Origin: Camelus dromedarius
Taxonomy: Eukaryota
DNA: 64,000 bases
Direction of reading: 5' to 3'
NCBI RefSeq assembly: GCF_036321535.1
Contig: NC_087437.1
Span: 84,012,001-84,076,000 of the forward strand
The position numbers and the translations under genes were made by a program. Under the pieces are notes generated by a model. The model was not told where the DNA came from and searched no databases. It saw only the letters and a list, made by a program, of their open reading frames with translations. Of the stretch, positions 41,586-54,992 are shown in pieces (within the stretch, counting starts at the first letter, position 1; each line of letters starts with the position of its first letter).

Positions 41586-44509
41586 AAAACCTGGCATTAA
41601 CTAATAAAAACTCATATCAAAATGGGTAGGCACCCATCATCTCTCTACCCATTGAGAAGGAATGTAAAGCTCAAAATACAGTTCTGGACACACTGTAAGC
41701 ATTTGAAAAGTAAGCATTTGTGGTTCTAAATTTCTGTGCTACAGAGCATAGACATACTATTACCTTTGGAAAATTCCAAAAATAGTTATCAACTATTCTC
41801 ATCAGTGCAGAAAAAACATTCTCAATATCAACCCATAGAAAACTAATGCTAAGAATGACAGAAATATGCTATAGCTGTGTGTGAGTTAAGAGTTAAAGGG
41901 CAAAAATACATGTATAATGAAAGGACACTAAAACACGAATGAAATCATGAGTGGCCTAGGCTTGGGTCTTCTGAGTTAAAAATCATCCAGTTTCCCTAAT
42001 ACCATGAAAAAAATTTACCACACCTACATATAGCCATTTCTATATTTGAATTAATTATTTTTAATTAAACACTCATTAGAAATCAAAAAGAGAAATATGA
42101 AGAGAGTAAGCACTGTCATAATTTGGGAGGGAAAAGAAAAACAATAAATAAATAGATAAAAGCAAATTAATAAACCTTTCTCACAAAGCATAACACTGTA
42201 GGGATAATTATGAATGCTCTCTTTACAATTATGGATGATTCATGGTAATTGGTCTGTTATGTACAAGTAGATGATATTAAATGGTACAGTTCTCTCTGAG
42301 TTCCGAATGGTACAGTTCTGAGTTCCAACTGTAGGTGACAAGAATAGATTCACCCTACAGCAAGTGGTAACTCAATTCTTTAGCATCAGCAGAATAACCA
42401 CTTAATACCTCTTCCTATGGAGGAACCTCTTTCAGGTAATTTGATAAAAGGAACTTCGCTGAAATAAAAACTAAAGTATTTGTATTTAGGAAACTCCATG
42501 AAGCTCAACTGACATCTTACATCAGTGATCTGTATTGAGGAGACTAGGATTCATTATATACAGGTATCTCTTCTGTAATATAAAGACCATTTTAAATTTA
42601 AAATGTATTACTGCAATACACAGAGAAATATTTAGAGTTACTTTCCATAATGAAAACAAGTCTAGAATGTAACAGGCTGCTAGAGGTAAAAAAATTCATC
42701 TTTGCAACATCTCCCTTTCTGGCCTCCACAAAATTGTGGCTGTTACATTGTGTTTACAATGAGCCACTTAACCAATCAGTTGCCCTTTTGCTATTTCAGT
42801 TGTGAAATGGAAAAGCAAGGAACTAGAATGTTTTTTTCCATGCAAGACAAGCTTAGAAAGGAGACAAAAAAACCAAAAACCAAAAACAAAGAGATGAGGG
42901 GAAAAAAAAAAGAGACAGAGAGCAGGAGTACCTGGATGTGAGCATCCTGTCCTTACCCAGAAGTGGGGGACCTGAGTAGGGCAGCTGAAGTAGGGAAGAG
43001 CAACTTTCCTACTTCATCTCAACACAATATTTGTTCTACTCAAAATGAATGAGAGAATAGCGACTTTTTCAAGCAGACAATTATTTCAGAAATAATGAAG
43101 CCATGCTTTACAATGTTAGCCTTAGAGCAAAAAAATTCAACTTTTACACTTTCATCCCAATCACTGTCACTGTATATCAAACACAAAGATACAAAGACAT
43201 GCTATTTGCCTGTGTATTAAAAGTGAAATTGGAAGAAACTGGTTTTACTCAAGGTATCTGATTATCCTCAGTGATGTGCATTAGAATTACCCACATATAT
43301 GATTTACATTTTGTTTTGAACTTTTCCAAGTAGGTAACACAATGTTTGTTGAATGTGTTAATCTTCCAGCATCTGTTCAGCAGTTTTAAAATAACAATCC
43401 TCCTATTGATTTTAAAACATGAGAAACATCAAAGTGAAAGTGCTATGACTGTGGAATTATATTCCGTCTAACATTTTGTGCATCCATGTATTAGACCCTC
43501 TTTTCATTTCTCTCAATCCTTTCATGCTCTCAGCCTTTCTTGCTTGACAAGTACTTTCTTAGTAACTCGTATAGTCCTTTGTTTCTCCAATCTTAGTGAG
43601 CATTTTTCCCTTCTGGCCTAGAAAAGCCTTAGGCAGTTATTTTGATAACAGACTTCTTGGCAGGCAGCAGGATCTCCTGTGCTCTGAACTGCTCTCAGAG
43701 GCAGCCCTAATTGACCAAGACCTGGTATTGTGGAGTGTCCTCTACAGCTCATCTTTTAAAGCCCAGAACATACATTAAAGAGTCACCTGAGAAATAAAAT
43801 TAAGAATTTAAGAAGTAGATTAAGATAACAGAGAAAACATTCCAGCATTTCATTTCAAATTCCTTATTCCTAATTTCTTTTATATTTTTTTGCAGTTCAT
43901 ACAAAAGGAGCACAATGAATTTTTTAAACAATCAAGAAGGCCCAAACTTACAAGTATGTTGCTGGTATAACTGCATATATACCAGGACTATTTGAGAGGT
44001 CTTAGTATAGTTAAAATTGGAAGGGGAGAGATAGGCCACAGCTGGACTTTGGTTGTCCTTGAATTGACTATTACAACTGTGGCTAATAGGAGCTGGAGTT
44101 TAAAAAGACTTTAGGCAGAAGAAGTGGGAGTATGAACAAGGTTTTGTTTTTGTTCAAAAATTATATTTTCTAACAGTTTGGGAAATGTGGACAGATGGAA
44201 TACTAAAGGATGGAGACTTGCCAAAATATTATTAAATTAGCTTGAGAGAGTTGAGGACCTTAACAGAAAGGGAAGGGCCAGGAATTGACAGAAAGGAATG
44301 GACAGAAGGAATACTAAGAAGCAGAATTGCTAGGACTTGTGACTACTCGGACAGACACATCAAGGAGAGGGACGGGGGTTATGATTCTAAGCATTCTGCC
44401 TTTGATGCATGGGTAGATGAGGATTCACCAGGGTAAAGAAACAAGCTGGGTTGGATGAGCAGGCTGAGGTATGAACAATAAAACTGGCTTTTGCAGGTTG
44501 AGCTTAAAT

Positions 44510-45540
44510 GATTAGTTTATTTGTTCATCAAATATTTATTTAGTGCATGTATTTGCTAAGTACTATCATTAGCGCTGGAGATACAGTAAAGAAAGAACAT
44601 TCATGATCCCCTTGTAATCTAATGTAAGCAGAATGACAATAAATAAGGAGCTGTGTGCACAAATAAATGAGATATTTTCAAAGAATGATATAATCCATAA
44701 AAAATAAAGCATTTGACACAAAAGACGGTAATTTAGAGGGATTCTATTTTTGAATGGATGGCCAGGAAATGGCTATCTTAAGACCTGACATCTGAGTCTG
44801 AACGGCAAAAAGAAAACAGCCATCATAGGACCTAAAGGGAGAGCATTTCAAGTAGAGGGAATCGCTGGCAATAGGATGAGAGCATGTTCAGCATCATGGA
44901 AGTCCATGAGTTTAATACCAGGGAAAGTATGGTATGACACAAGGTTGAAGATGTGGGCAGGTTTCCATAGGACATACAGATTGTCAGATCCCATAATTCA
45001 TTGGCAAGATAACTTTGGACCTTGGGAGAGAAGATACGATAAAAACATAGGCCTCATCTATTTACAGGTAATATTTGAAGCCATGAGATTGAAAACATGT
45101 CAAAAGGCAAGGCAAAGAAAGGAACAAGAGAAAAATTAACATTTAAAGAGTGAGTAAAGGAAGAGAAACCATCGATGGCAACAAATACAATGGTCAGAAA
45201 AATAAGAGAGTAAAGGAGAGATTGTAGTCTTAGAATATAAAGAAACAGATGGTTTCAAGAAAAAGGAAGTGACCAACAGAACTGTCATGAATAGTAAAAT
45301 GAAAATGTTTCTCACACAAAATGGCAAAGAAGATGATTGGTGATTTTTCTTACACAGTTTACCTGAAGTGGTGGAAGAAAAATCTAATTGCAGTGGAGTA
45401 ATGAACAAAAATTTGAATGTAGTAGAGTAAAAAGTAAATTAAAGTGTGTGAAGCAGTAACCACAGCCAATGAAGAATGCTTTCCCAAGGTGTCTGTTGTG
45501 GAGAAGAAAAAATATTGGACAGGGAGCATTTTTCTAATGA
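44510..45540 (-). mobile_element. L2 LINE fragment
   Basis: ttcatcaaatatttatttagtgc...gctggagatacag 3' end followed by purine-rich L2 body. Confidence 0.65.
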
Positions 45541-45752
45541 CAGAAATTTGAGTATACTTATGGGCAGTGAGGAAGGAGTCACTGGAAACAAATGTCAAAA
45601 GAGGAAATTAACAATAATAGCCAGGGCCAGCCAAAGACTGAAGGATTAGATCACCCCAACCCTCGACCAATATTTGAGGGATTGGTTTGATTATGAGACA
45701 TCTTTTTTTTTAACTGTAGTCATTTGAAACATCTACAAATCTTTATGTGTAT

Positions 45753-46750
45753 ACCTCACCAAAGAAGACACAGATGGCAAATAAACATATGAAAAGATGC
45801 CCTGTATCGAGTGTCATCAAAGAAATGCAAATTAAAATAATAATAAGGTACCACTATACACCTATTGGAATTAGCCCAAATCCATGACATCGGTAACATT
45901 AAATGCTGACCAGGATGTGGAGCACAGGAACTCTCATTCATTGTTGGTAGGGATGCAAAATAGTACTGTTTGGTGGTTTCTTACAAAATTAAACATATTC
46001 TTACCATATGATTCAGCAATCACATTCTTAGGTATTTACTCAAAGGAGTTGAAAACTTATGTCCATAAGTTTTCGTAAGTACAAAAATAAGTACAAAATA
46101 CAAAATTCCGTAAGTCCAAAGACTTGTGCATGCATGTTTTTAAGCAGCTTATTCATAATTGCCAAAACTGGGAAGCAACCAAGCTGCCCTCCAGTAGGTA
46201 CATGGATAAATAAACTCTGGTATACTCAGACAGTGGAGTATTACTCAGCACTAAAATGAAATGAAATATCCAGCCATGAAAAGACATGGAAGAATCTGAA
46301 ATACACATTACTAAGTAAAAGAAGTCAATATGAAAAATGCTACATACTGTATGATTCCAACTATATGACATTCTGGAAAAAGCACATGTATGGATTCAGT
46401 ACAAGGATAAGTGGTTGCCATGGGTTGGTAGGAGGAAAGGATGAACATGGGCCCAGCAGATTTTAGGGCAGTGAAAATCCTCTTAATGACCATATAATGG
46501 CTGACAGATGTTATTACACATTTGTCCAAATCCACAGAATGTTCAACACCAAGAGTGAACCCTAATGTAACCTATGGACTTTGGGTGATTATAATATGGT
46601 AATATAGGTTCATCAGACATAACAAATGTACCACTCCGGTGGAGGATGGTGATAATGCAGGGGGCTATTATGCATGTCAGGGGGCAGGGCGGTATATAGG
46701 AAATCTCTATACTTCCTCTTAATTTTGTTCTGATTCTAAAACTGCTTGAA
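45753..46750 (+). mobile_element. L1MC1/2-like 3' fragment
   Basis: cctcaccaaagaagacacagatggcaaataaacatatgaaaagatg; aacaccaagagtgaaccctaatgtaacctatggactttggg. Confidence 0.85.
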
Positions 46751-49700
46751 AAAATGAGAAGTATTTTTGTGACTATATCATATGTATTGTACATCTCAAG
46801 ATTATGAAATTTAAAAAGACATCTATCTCGATAGTGAAAATCCAAAGAAATTAAAAACTCTTAATGGTGAAATCACATGCTGTGTAGTACCAGAAACATA
46901 TGGGTCATTCTTGTTTTGGTGATAGCACTAAGGAGCAGGGAAAGGTCTCCTGAGGTCCTTAAAAATCATATTACTTACATACTATACTTATCTATGAACT
47001 TCTTCCCTACTAAGCCATTTACTAACTGAATGTCTTAGGTTAGTCATTTTCAATATTTTAGTCCTTCATTTTCTTTTAAACCCCAACATTCAAAATCTCT
47101 CTGCCCCTGATAACAAGTGAAAAATTTTTAAAAATCTCCTTTTAAATCCCTGGAAGACTCTCTGAAAGTATGTTTTCCATGCTAAGACAAAAAAAAAAAA
47201 AAAAAAAAAGCCATGGTTAAATCATAGACACATGATCTAGAAGTTAAGGAAGCTTCTGTCTATTAAGAGTATTACAAATTGGCTATTGTTTGCAGTTAAT
47301 AAAAAATGGAAATGTTGACAGTTTGCTTGATTCTTGGCTTCAGAAGTTTTACATCTTGGTGAAGCTACCCTGCTCTTCTTAAGTCAAATCATTCAATGGC
47401 CTCTTTGCTTGTTATTTTCCTGGTTTTTCTTCCTCAGCAATCTAATCTTTTAATTTTCAGGGGGCATGATGCTTTGGAGTTTATGGTCCTTGCTTTTTCT
47501 GCATATATTGTAATAACTGTTAGGGTCTCTTATCTAGTCAGAGTATAATTCAAAAAACTTTACTGATATCAGATATGCACAGAGTAAAGGATTTAACATA
47601 TTTTGTGAAAAGGTTGTACAAATTCAGCACATTACTTTTTCAGTTTGTAGGAATGCAGATGATGGAAGCTGTGAGCTCAGCATAATACTATCAACAAAGT
47701 CTATTTAATAGTTTAAATACTAACTTATCAAAAATTATATAAAAATGAATTGTAAGAGAACAACTTTCTGCATTAAACAATCACTTATTATCTACTACAT
47801 GCTACGTAGTGTTCCTAGTTTATTTAATCATTATAAATAACAGAATGAGGCAGATGCTGTTATTATCACTATGCATGGTGCAGCAGAGGTTGAGAGGTTA
47901 AATAATTTGCCCAGCTAGTAAGTACCAAAGCCAAGATTCACACTCATAGTCTGACTCTAAAAGATGCTGAACTTACTAGCACACTGTGCTAAGTTTTTGC
48001 TAAAACAAGGCAAAGAAGTCCTCAAGGAAGTAGCAGAGCTTCCAGTGGCCAGACTAGGGGGGACTTGAGAAAAGTTTTCATTTTTCTTTGGGTTCTCTCT
48101 TCTAAACCCTGATGGCAACACATGCTGTTCCCTGTCTAAAGCTCTGCCCAATGATGACCAGAATTAAAACTTTCTCTGCTTCCATTCGGTATAGCTAAAA
48201 CAGGCTAGCATTATTGTAAACACAAAAGCATTAACAAAGTATTTTTTAAAAAAAGAAAATCTAAGAAACATAAAATGTTAAGCTATTAAGTACACATATC
48301 AGATTCAACAATGACTGACTAGTTTACTGAGTTCATAGACCTTGTCACATCCTCTATTTATTTTCTTAATAGTTTCTCACACAAAGAACTAAGGCTTCCC
48401 AACTACCTACTCTGCCACCTCACTGAAGGGGTTATATTGATGGAAATGAGTTTATTCCTTCAATGTGTCGTCTATTTATGGCCCTCCAGTTAAATAAAAA
48501 GAGGAGATTCTCCTCTATCACTCACCTAGGAAGCATTATTTAGTTTCTGATGTAAGTTTTGAGGGAACTTCCCTGGCAGACCTGTAGCCATTTGAAACAC
48601 CACCATCTACCTAAGCTGGAGTATGCTTTTCACCATATAATATAGTAATATACAGCAACCATGCAAAAAGGATAGAATATGAAACGATAATAAAAAACTA
48701 TTCCTGTTCAAAACTATTTCCACAATTAGGTGAAAAATTATATTTAGAATTTTCCTTTTCCTACTTATAAACTAAGAATATGCTCCTAGAAAAAAAAATT
48801 TCCTGCGCTACAATTTTCTGAAGAAAGTAGTCATTCAGCATTTACAATCAGAAAGCAAAAATTACATCTACTAATGAATCTGTTGCATTTTTATTAAATG
48901 TGTTCCATAAAAATGCTTTATATTTTATGTCTGCAGTAATACACACAAATCTATAAACTGCATTAGTTAAAATGAATGGAACATCTCATTGTCTCTAAGA
49001 AATATGTGACATTACATAATTTTCAATCTATTTCTGCTTCTATAGAATTACACAAGATAAGCAACATTTTGACCCCAATTCATCAACAAGAGGGGCAAAT
49101 TTTCACTATACCTTATTTAAGTATTTAACAAGACTTTCACAGCTACCTTAAGAGGTGACATTTTACTTTTGCATGGCTTAGCTTTGCATTAATATATTAA
49201 CTTTTATTTTTAAAGTATACATATATTTCACAACACCTTAGTAACAGGAGCATACAAATAATTTAAATTCTTAGCACATGAATTAAAATGACCTTCACAT
49301 TTACATTTAATATTCTATTGGCTCCAATCCCAAAACTGGAGAAAAAGTGAGAGGCAAAATGTGGATAAACTCAAAAATACCTTCCTTTAAGGACAAATGT
49401 CAAGTTTGAAAACTGGAACTTTTCCGCATAACAACAGCACAATGACTTTTAAAGTTTCATGTGGAAGCTCCCCGACACAGCAGACTTGATGGTCCTAAAT
49501 TGATGTGCCTTCAAACGATCAAGGTTTGAAGCAAAGAACAGAAGTTTTGTTTATAAATTCTCAGGTAGTTTTAAACTGCTTTAACTTTCTAAGGACAGAT
49601 TATGGTTAGGAAAATTTTGTAGGGCCTCCAAACCAGTGCTGGCATTTGCACATCAAGGATCAATGTGATATTTGAAGAATTAATACATTCTCTGCAAGCT

Positions 49701-49877
49701 GTTGAAAAGCAATTATGCTAAGAAAGAAAGAGAAACTTTTTCCTTGACTTTTATCAAAGACAAATCGCATTGATGGTAGGATTTTGTATCCACTTCTTAA
49801 AAAAAAAAAAAAAAATCAGGCTAAAGACACCAAAAGGTTGGAAATAGGATTTTCAAATGCAAAATGGATAGACTTAC

Positions 49878-50033
49878 TGGTACATGCCATGGAAGGTGGG
49901 TCTTTCTCAGCTCGATAGTAACCCTTTTCACACTGACATACAGAAGTTGCTTCCATGTGGGTTAGACTGTGTGGAGGACATTTAGAACACTTTGTGTTGC
50001 CAGCAAATGCTTTATAGAATCCTGGTCTGCAAG
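49878..50033 (-). CDS. EPHA6: EPHA6 coding exon (likely exon 4; cysteine-rich EGF-like region), 156 nt, phase 1/1
   Basis: Minus strand reads ttttacAG|CT TGC AGA CCA GGA TTC...GCA TGT ACC A|GTAAGT. Translation (A)CRPGFYKAFAGNTKCSKCPPHSLTHMEATSVCQCEKGYYRAEKDPPSMACT(R) is the typical EphA Cys-rich exon. It is absent from the ORF track because it is short and lacks a start codon. Confidence 0.96.
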
Positions 50034-50399
50034 CTGTAAAAACAGAAAAAACAATTATTTTTATTACTGCTAGAACTATTTAATTTGTACACATACAACA
50101 TAATCTAAATTATACCCACTTCGGATCTCAGAGTTCAGTGTCACACATACACAGAAAAGTCAACATATGCTAATATTAATGAATAAAATTTGTTATTCAA
50201 AATTAGTAACACAATAGTAACCTCACATGTTAGCTGAGGTTGCTAATTTAAAAGGTATTTTTGAAATCCACATATGCAAGATAACAGTGCTTACCAAAGT
50301 GTGAGGATGCCCACATTAAAGGAGATTATTGTGTAGTTCTGGGAGATGGCATTAAACAACATTGAATCACATTGTTTAAAATGTTTTTACATTCCATTT

Positions 50400-50864
50400 C
50401 TCCCTCAGTCCTCTTGAGTACCCAAGGGAAAGTCTGCTCTAGCCACACTGGCCTCCTTCAGAATATTGGGCATCCAAAGCACTCTCCTGCCAGTGGGCCT
50501 TTAACACTCACTCTCACCCAGCTGTCTGAATGGTTTGCTCCCTCCCTTACATCAGATCTTTATTCAAATATTACTGTGTTAATAAAGCCTTCACCAGTTC
50601 TGTTTTTATATTGCAACTCCCACTACATCCCATCTCAGTAATCCATATTACTCTCCATTCTTTTTCCCATCTCCAAATAACTTAACAACATCTGACACTT
50701 AATACATTTAATTTTTGAAGCCATTTCCCCCTTTAAATGTATGCTCTATGAGGGTGGAGATTTCTATCTGTTTTGTTCATTGAAGCATCTCCTGGGCCTA
50801 GAGCAGTGCCAGGCATTATTAGGCCCTCAATGAGTATTTGGTAAATGAATGAATGAATGAATGA
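50400..50864 (+). mobile_element. L2a 3' end
   Basis: ctagccacactggcctcctt...cctagagcagtgccaggca...(gaat)n tail. Confidence 0.75.
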
Positions 50865-53189
50865 ACTGCTGAGGGACTCCTTTAACTTCTATGTGTTTAC
50901 TATACTCTTTCACCTGCTTTGAGCCTTTTCCTCCCTTGAAAAATCCCTTCTCTCCATCTCTACCACATGACCTACTCAGGTTGCTAACTCCTAGTCATCT
51001 TTTAGGTCTCACTTCTATTAGAAAGTCCTTCCTGACTTCCTAGACTAGTTTCTCCAAGCACCTGTGCCTTTTCCATGTTAGTAACCCCTTCACAATTACT
51101 TGTTTCATGTCTGTAAGCATCACAAGGACAGGCTGGCACAGCGCTTGTCAGAAAGTCGGTGATTGGTCCATACTTGTTTTACTGATTGGGACAATGTGCG
51201 AGTACTCTGATAATTAAGTTCCTGCAGAAGATTATGCATGTCTACTCAGTATATGTTCTGATCATAGCATAATTCATCTTACTACAAATTTATAGATTTT
51301 TTTGGACTTTTTGAATTATTATAAATAAGGGACAGAAACAGCAAAAATCTTGAAAGTGATTCAACTACAACTCAAAAATGATTATTTTAATATTGCAAAG
51401 TGTGCTGGCTGTTAAAAAATTTTCCAGTTGAAGTTATTATTTATATGAATTTATTTATTCACTTATTTTTGCCTACTGCAAAATATACAAATACAAATTG
51501 GATACTGGCATAACAACTCTCAAGTCTATGCCTGATTTCAAATGTTTGTCTACTCAAAATTACCTTTGAAAAACCTTAAAATTTTGAACTTATAAAATGT
51601 ATCTGGATTCTTAAGTTACTACCTTAAATATTTTAATACTGGAATTTAGTCTATAATTTCATTTCAAATTAAGGATTATACTTTTTAAATGTTAGAAAAA
51701 CATTTTTTCAGGAAGTAACATTCTTTTCATATAGCACACATTAATGGTATACAGCATCTTGCACTCTTTTTGGCTTCAAATCATATTATATTACAACTAC
51801 TTGATCAAATCATCACCTCAACTTCTTATAAATGCCACAAGCCAAACACAGGCCTTACCGTTCTTATACCCACAATGCATGTTTCAAGTACATGTTTAGT
51901 TTTTATAAATGCTTGAAAAGTTGAATGAGTGAATGAATAAATCATTAATTCATTAATGTCTAATATGAGATTACTAGAATTCTGTAAGTGGAATAGACAT
52001 TCTGCATCTCTTTTAGTTAGTGGTTTTAGGTTTTGTTTGTATTTCTTTAAAAATGGGATATCAGTGCCAATGTCTTGAAAACTTTTAAATTACTTTCTTA
52101 TACATCCCTTATCCTTTCTCTACCTCTTCCTTATTTCTCTGTTTATTAAGTATGCAAACTTCATTTCCGAAAAACAAACAAATCACCCAAGATAAAAATA
52201 TTTCCCAACAAACGTCAATACTGCAGCTAGAAAGTTAAATATTATGTAATTCAATGGTTTCAAATGTCTTCTTTTAGAAAAAAGCTATTCAGATATAGAC
52301 CTTATAGGTTAAATCTGCGTTTTCTGCAATGACTTTTTTTTTAAGTATCTATTTCTATATTTTAAAAATTCATGCTTATATAAATGAGATCATAACAGGT
52401 ATGTGCTTTTTGTATGGACATTTACTCTAGAATATCATTTAGAAATCTGGCTTACTTCCACCCTTTCTGCCTTCTTTCCTCTTTAAATATCATTTTCCTA
52501 AAATGCCAGCACATTTCTGTGTAGATATATGTTTACAAAAATATGATCAGAATGATTTAGTATTGCTGCTTTTTAACTCTGAGATAATATCAATAAACTT
52601 TACATTGTTTTCCTCAATTATCCAGTATTGCATGGAAATCACTCCAGGTCAATGGTTGTAGTCAATTTGCTGTAATGTATCTGTAGTATTTGTACCAACA
52701 ATCTTTCAGTTGAGAGAAATATTTCATAAACTATGCTGCAGTAAACTTACTCATGATGACACCTGTATTTCCATTCCCAAGAGCAGGAGCTCTGAGCCAG
52801 GGTATATTAATTACTTGTTTTAATACAGTATTTCCATGTTACATGCCTCAACATTTTTCAAACTCAGAATAATGTAAGTGAGCACCCTAACCTTTCACCC
52901 TACTAATCCCTGTAATTAATGTTAGTTATTCTTTTACCTTTTGATAATATGTGGAGTTAATATTGTTTCTTCAATTGAAGTTTCCTAATTGCTACTAAGG
53001 CTGCACATTTTTTTCACATTTTTACTGGTCACTTGGTTATACTTGTATATAAACTGCCTTTTGATCTTATTCTTTTGATTTATTGTCTTTTCTACTAATT
53101 TGTAAGAGCTGTTTATTAGCAACATTAATGCTATGTCATTTTTGTTATGTTTTTCTATCAATTTTATAATGAAATTATGCATAAAAAGT

Positions 53190-54570
53190 CTCATTCACAG
53201 TAGTATCAAAAAAGTAAAATACTTAGGCATAAATTTAACCAAGGAAGTGAAAGACCTATACAATGAAAACTATAGATTTTGATAAAGAAACTGAACACAA
53301 TTCAAACAAATGGAAAGAAATCCTGTGTTCATGGATTGGAAGAATTAATATTGTTAAAATGGCCACACTACCCAAAGCTAATTATAGATTCAATGCAATC
53401 CCTTGTAAAATTCGAATGGCATTTTTCACAGAAATATGAAAAACTGTCTTAAAACTTGTATGAAACCACAAAAGATCCCAAACAGCCAAAGCAATTATGA
53501 GAAAGAAGAACAGTGCTACAGGCATCACATTTCCTGATTTCAAACTATACTACAAAGTTATACTAATGGAAACAATATGGTACTGGCCTAAGAACAGACA
53601 CATAGATAACAGACAGAACAGAAAGCCCAGAAACTTTCTGCATAAACAATAAACTAATATTTGACAAAGAAGTTAAAAATACTCAATAGGGAAAGATAGT
53701 CTTTTCAATAAACTGTTAGGAAAGCTGAGAAACCCCATGAAGAAAAATGAAATTAGACCCTTACCAGACACCATTCACAAAAATTAACTTAGAATGCATT
53801 AGACACTTAAACATGAGACCTGAAACTGTAAAACTTACAGAAGAAAACATAGGAGAATGCTCCTTGCTATTGGTTTTGGTAATAATTTTTTTGAATAGGA
53901 CAATAAAAGCACCAGCACTAAAAGCAAAAATGAACAAGTGGGACTATACAAACTAAAAAAGCTTCTGTACAACGAAAGAGTCAAAAACAATGAAAAGGTA
54001 ACTGACAGAATAAGACAAAATATTTGCAAACCATGTATCTAATAAAGGGTTAATACCTAAAATATATAAAGAATTCACAAAACTCTATAACAACAACCTC
54101 AAAAAATGAACAGTTAAATTAAAAAATACACAGAGCAGTTGAATAGACATTTCTCTAAAGAAGACATACAAATAGCCAAAAAGTACATGAAGAGATGCTC
54201 AATAACACTAATCATCAGGGAAATGCAAATCAAAACCACAACAAGGTATCACCTCACACTGGTCAGAATGGCTATTATCAAGAAAACAAGAGATACATGT
54301 TGATGAGGATGTAGAGAAAAGGGAACCCTTGTGCACTGCTGGTGGGAATGCAAATTGATGCAGCCAATATGGAAAACAGTACGAAGATTCCTCAGAAAAT
54401 TAAAATTAGAATTATCATGTGACCCAGCGATCTTACCTCTGGGTATACATCCAAAGGAAATGAAATAAAAATAGTGAAAAGATATCTGTATTCCCATGTT
54501 TATTACAGCATTATTCACAATAGCCAAAATATTGTGAAAAAAAACTTGTGTCCATCAACAGATAAATATA
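53190..54570 (+). mobile_element. L1 ORF2 (RT C-terminal/Cys domain) degenerate fragment
   Basis: aaatacttaggcataaatttaaccaagg, tcatggattggaagaattaatattgttaaaatg. The ORF at 53747 (MKLDPYQTPFTKIN) is ORF2 debris. Confidence 0.92.
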
Positions 54571-54789
54571 CACCTACAGAAAGAAGACCTACAGTGATTC
54601 TATATTTTAGTTTCTATGCATAATGCTATAGTTTTATTACGTAAATCCACATTTCTTGGACTACTGCATTCATCTCAGGTCTGGCTGGCTCTGTTTCTCC
54701 CTGTTCACACATACTCCCCAGTTATTTCCCATTACATTTCTAAATGGTAAAAATGACCATATTTAGCATACTACTCTTTACTGTCTATA

Positions 54790-54992
54790 GTACGAGTTGG
54801 TAATCTACTGCCCTTTGGCCAAATCTGGCCCACTGTCTGCTGGTTTTGTACAGCTTGTGAGCTAAGAATGGCTTTTACATTTTTAAAGTGATCATATAGG
54901 TACATGATATCCTCAATTTTGACTCTTGGCCTGCAAAGTCTAAAATATATACTATCTGTCCCTTTACAGAAAAAGTTTGCTAACACTTACTT
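54790..54992 (+). mobile_element. hAT-Charlie MER58B/C-like
   Basis: ggccaaatctggcccactg...gagctaagaatggc...ccctttacagaaaaagtttgc. Confidence 0.75.

Larger units (their letters stand above)
35369..49877 (-). other. EPHA6: EPHA6 intron between the two exons (14,509 nt, GT-AG)
   Basis: Donor GTAAGT at 49877-49872; pyrimidine tract plus AG ending at 35369. Confidence 0.93.

Noticed and set aside
49815..49877. Read-through isoform from the Cys-rich exon (SKSIHFAFENPISNLLVSLA*)
   Set aside because: Strong GTAAGT donor and no nearby polyA signal noticed; no supporting feature.
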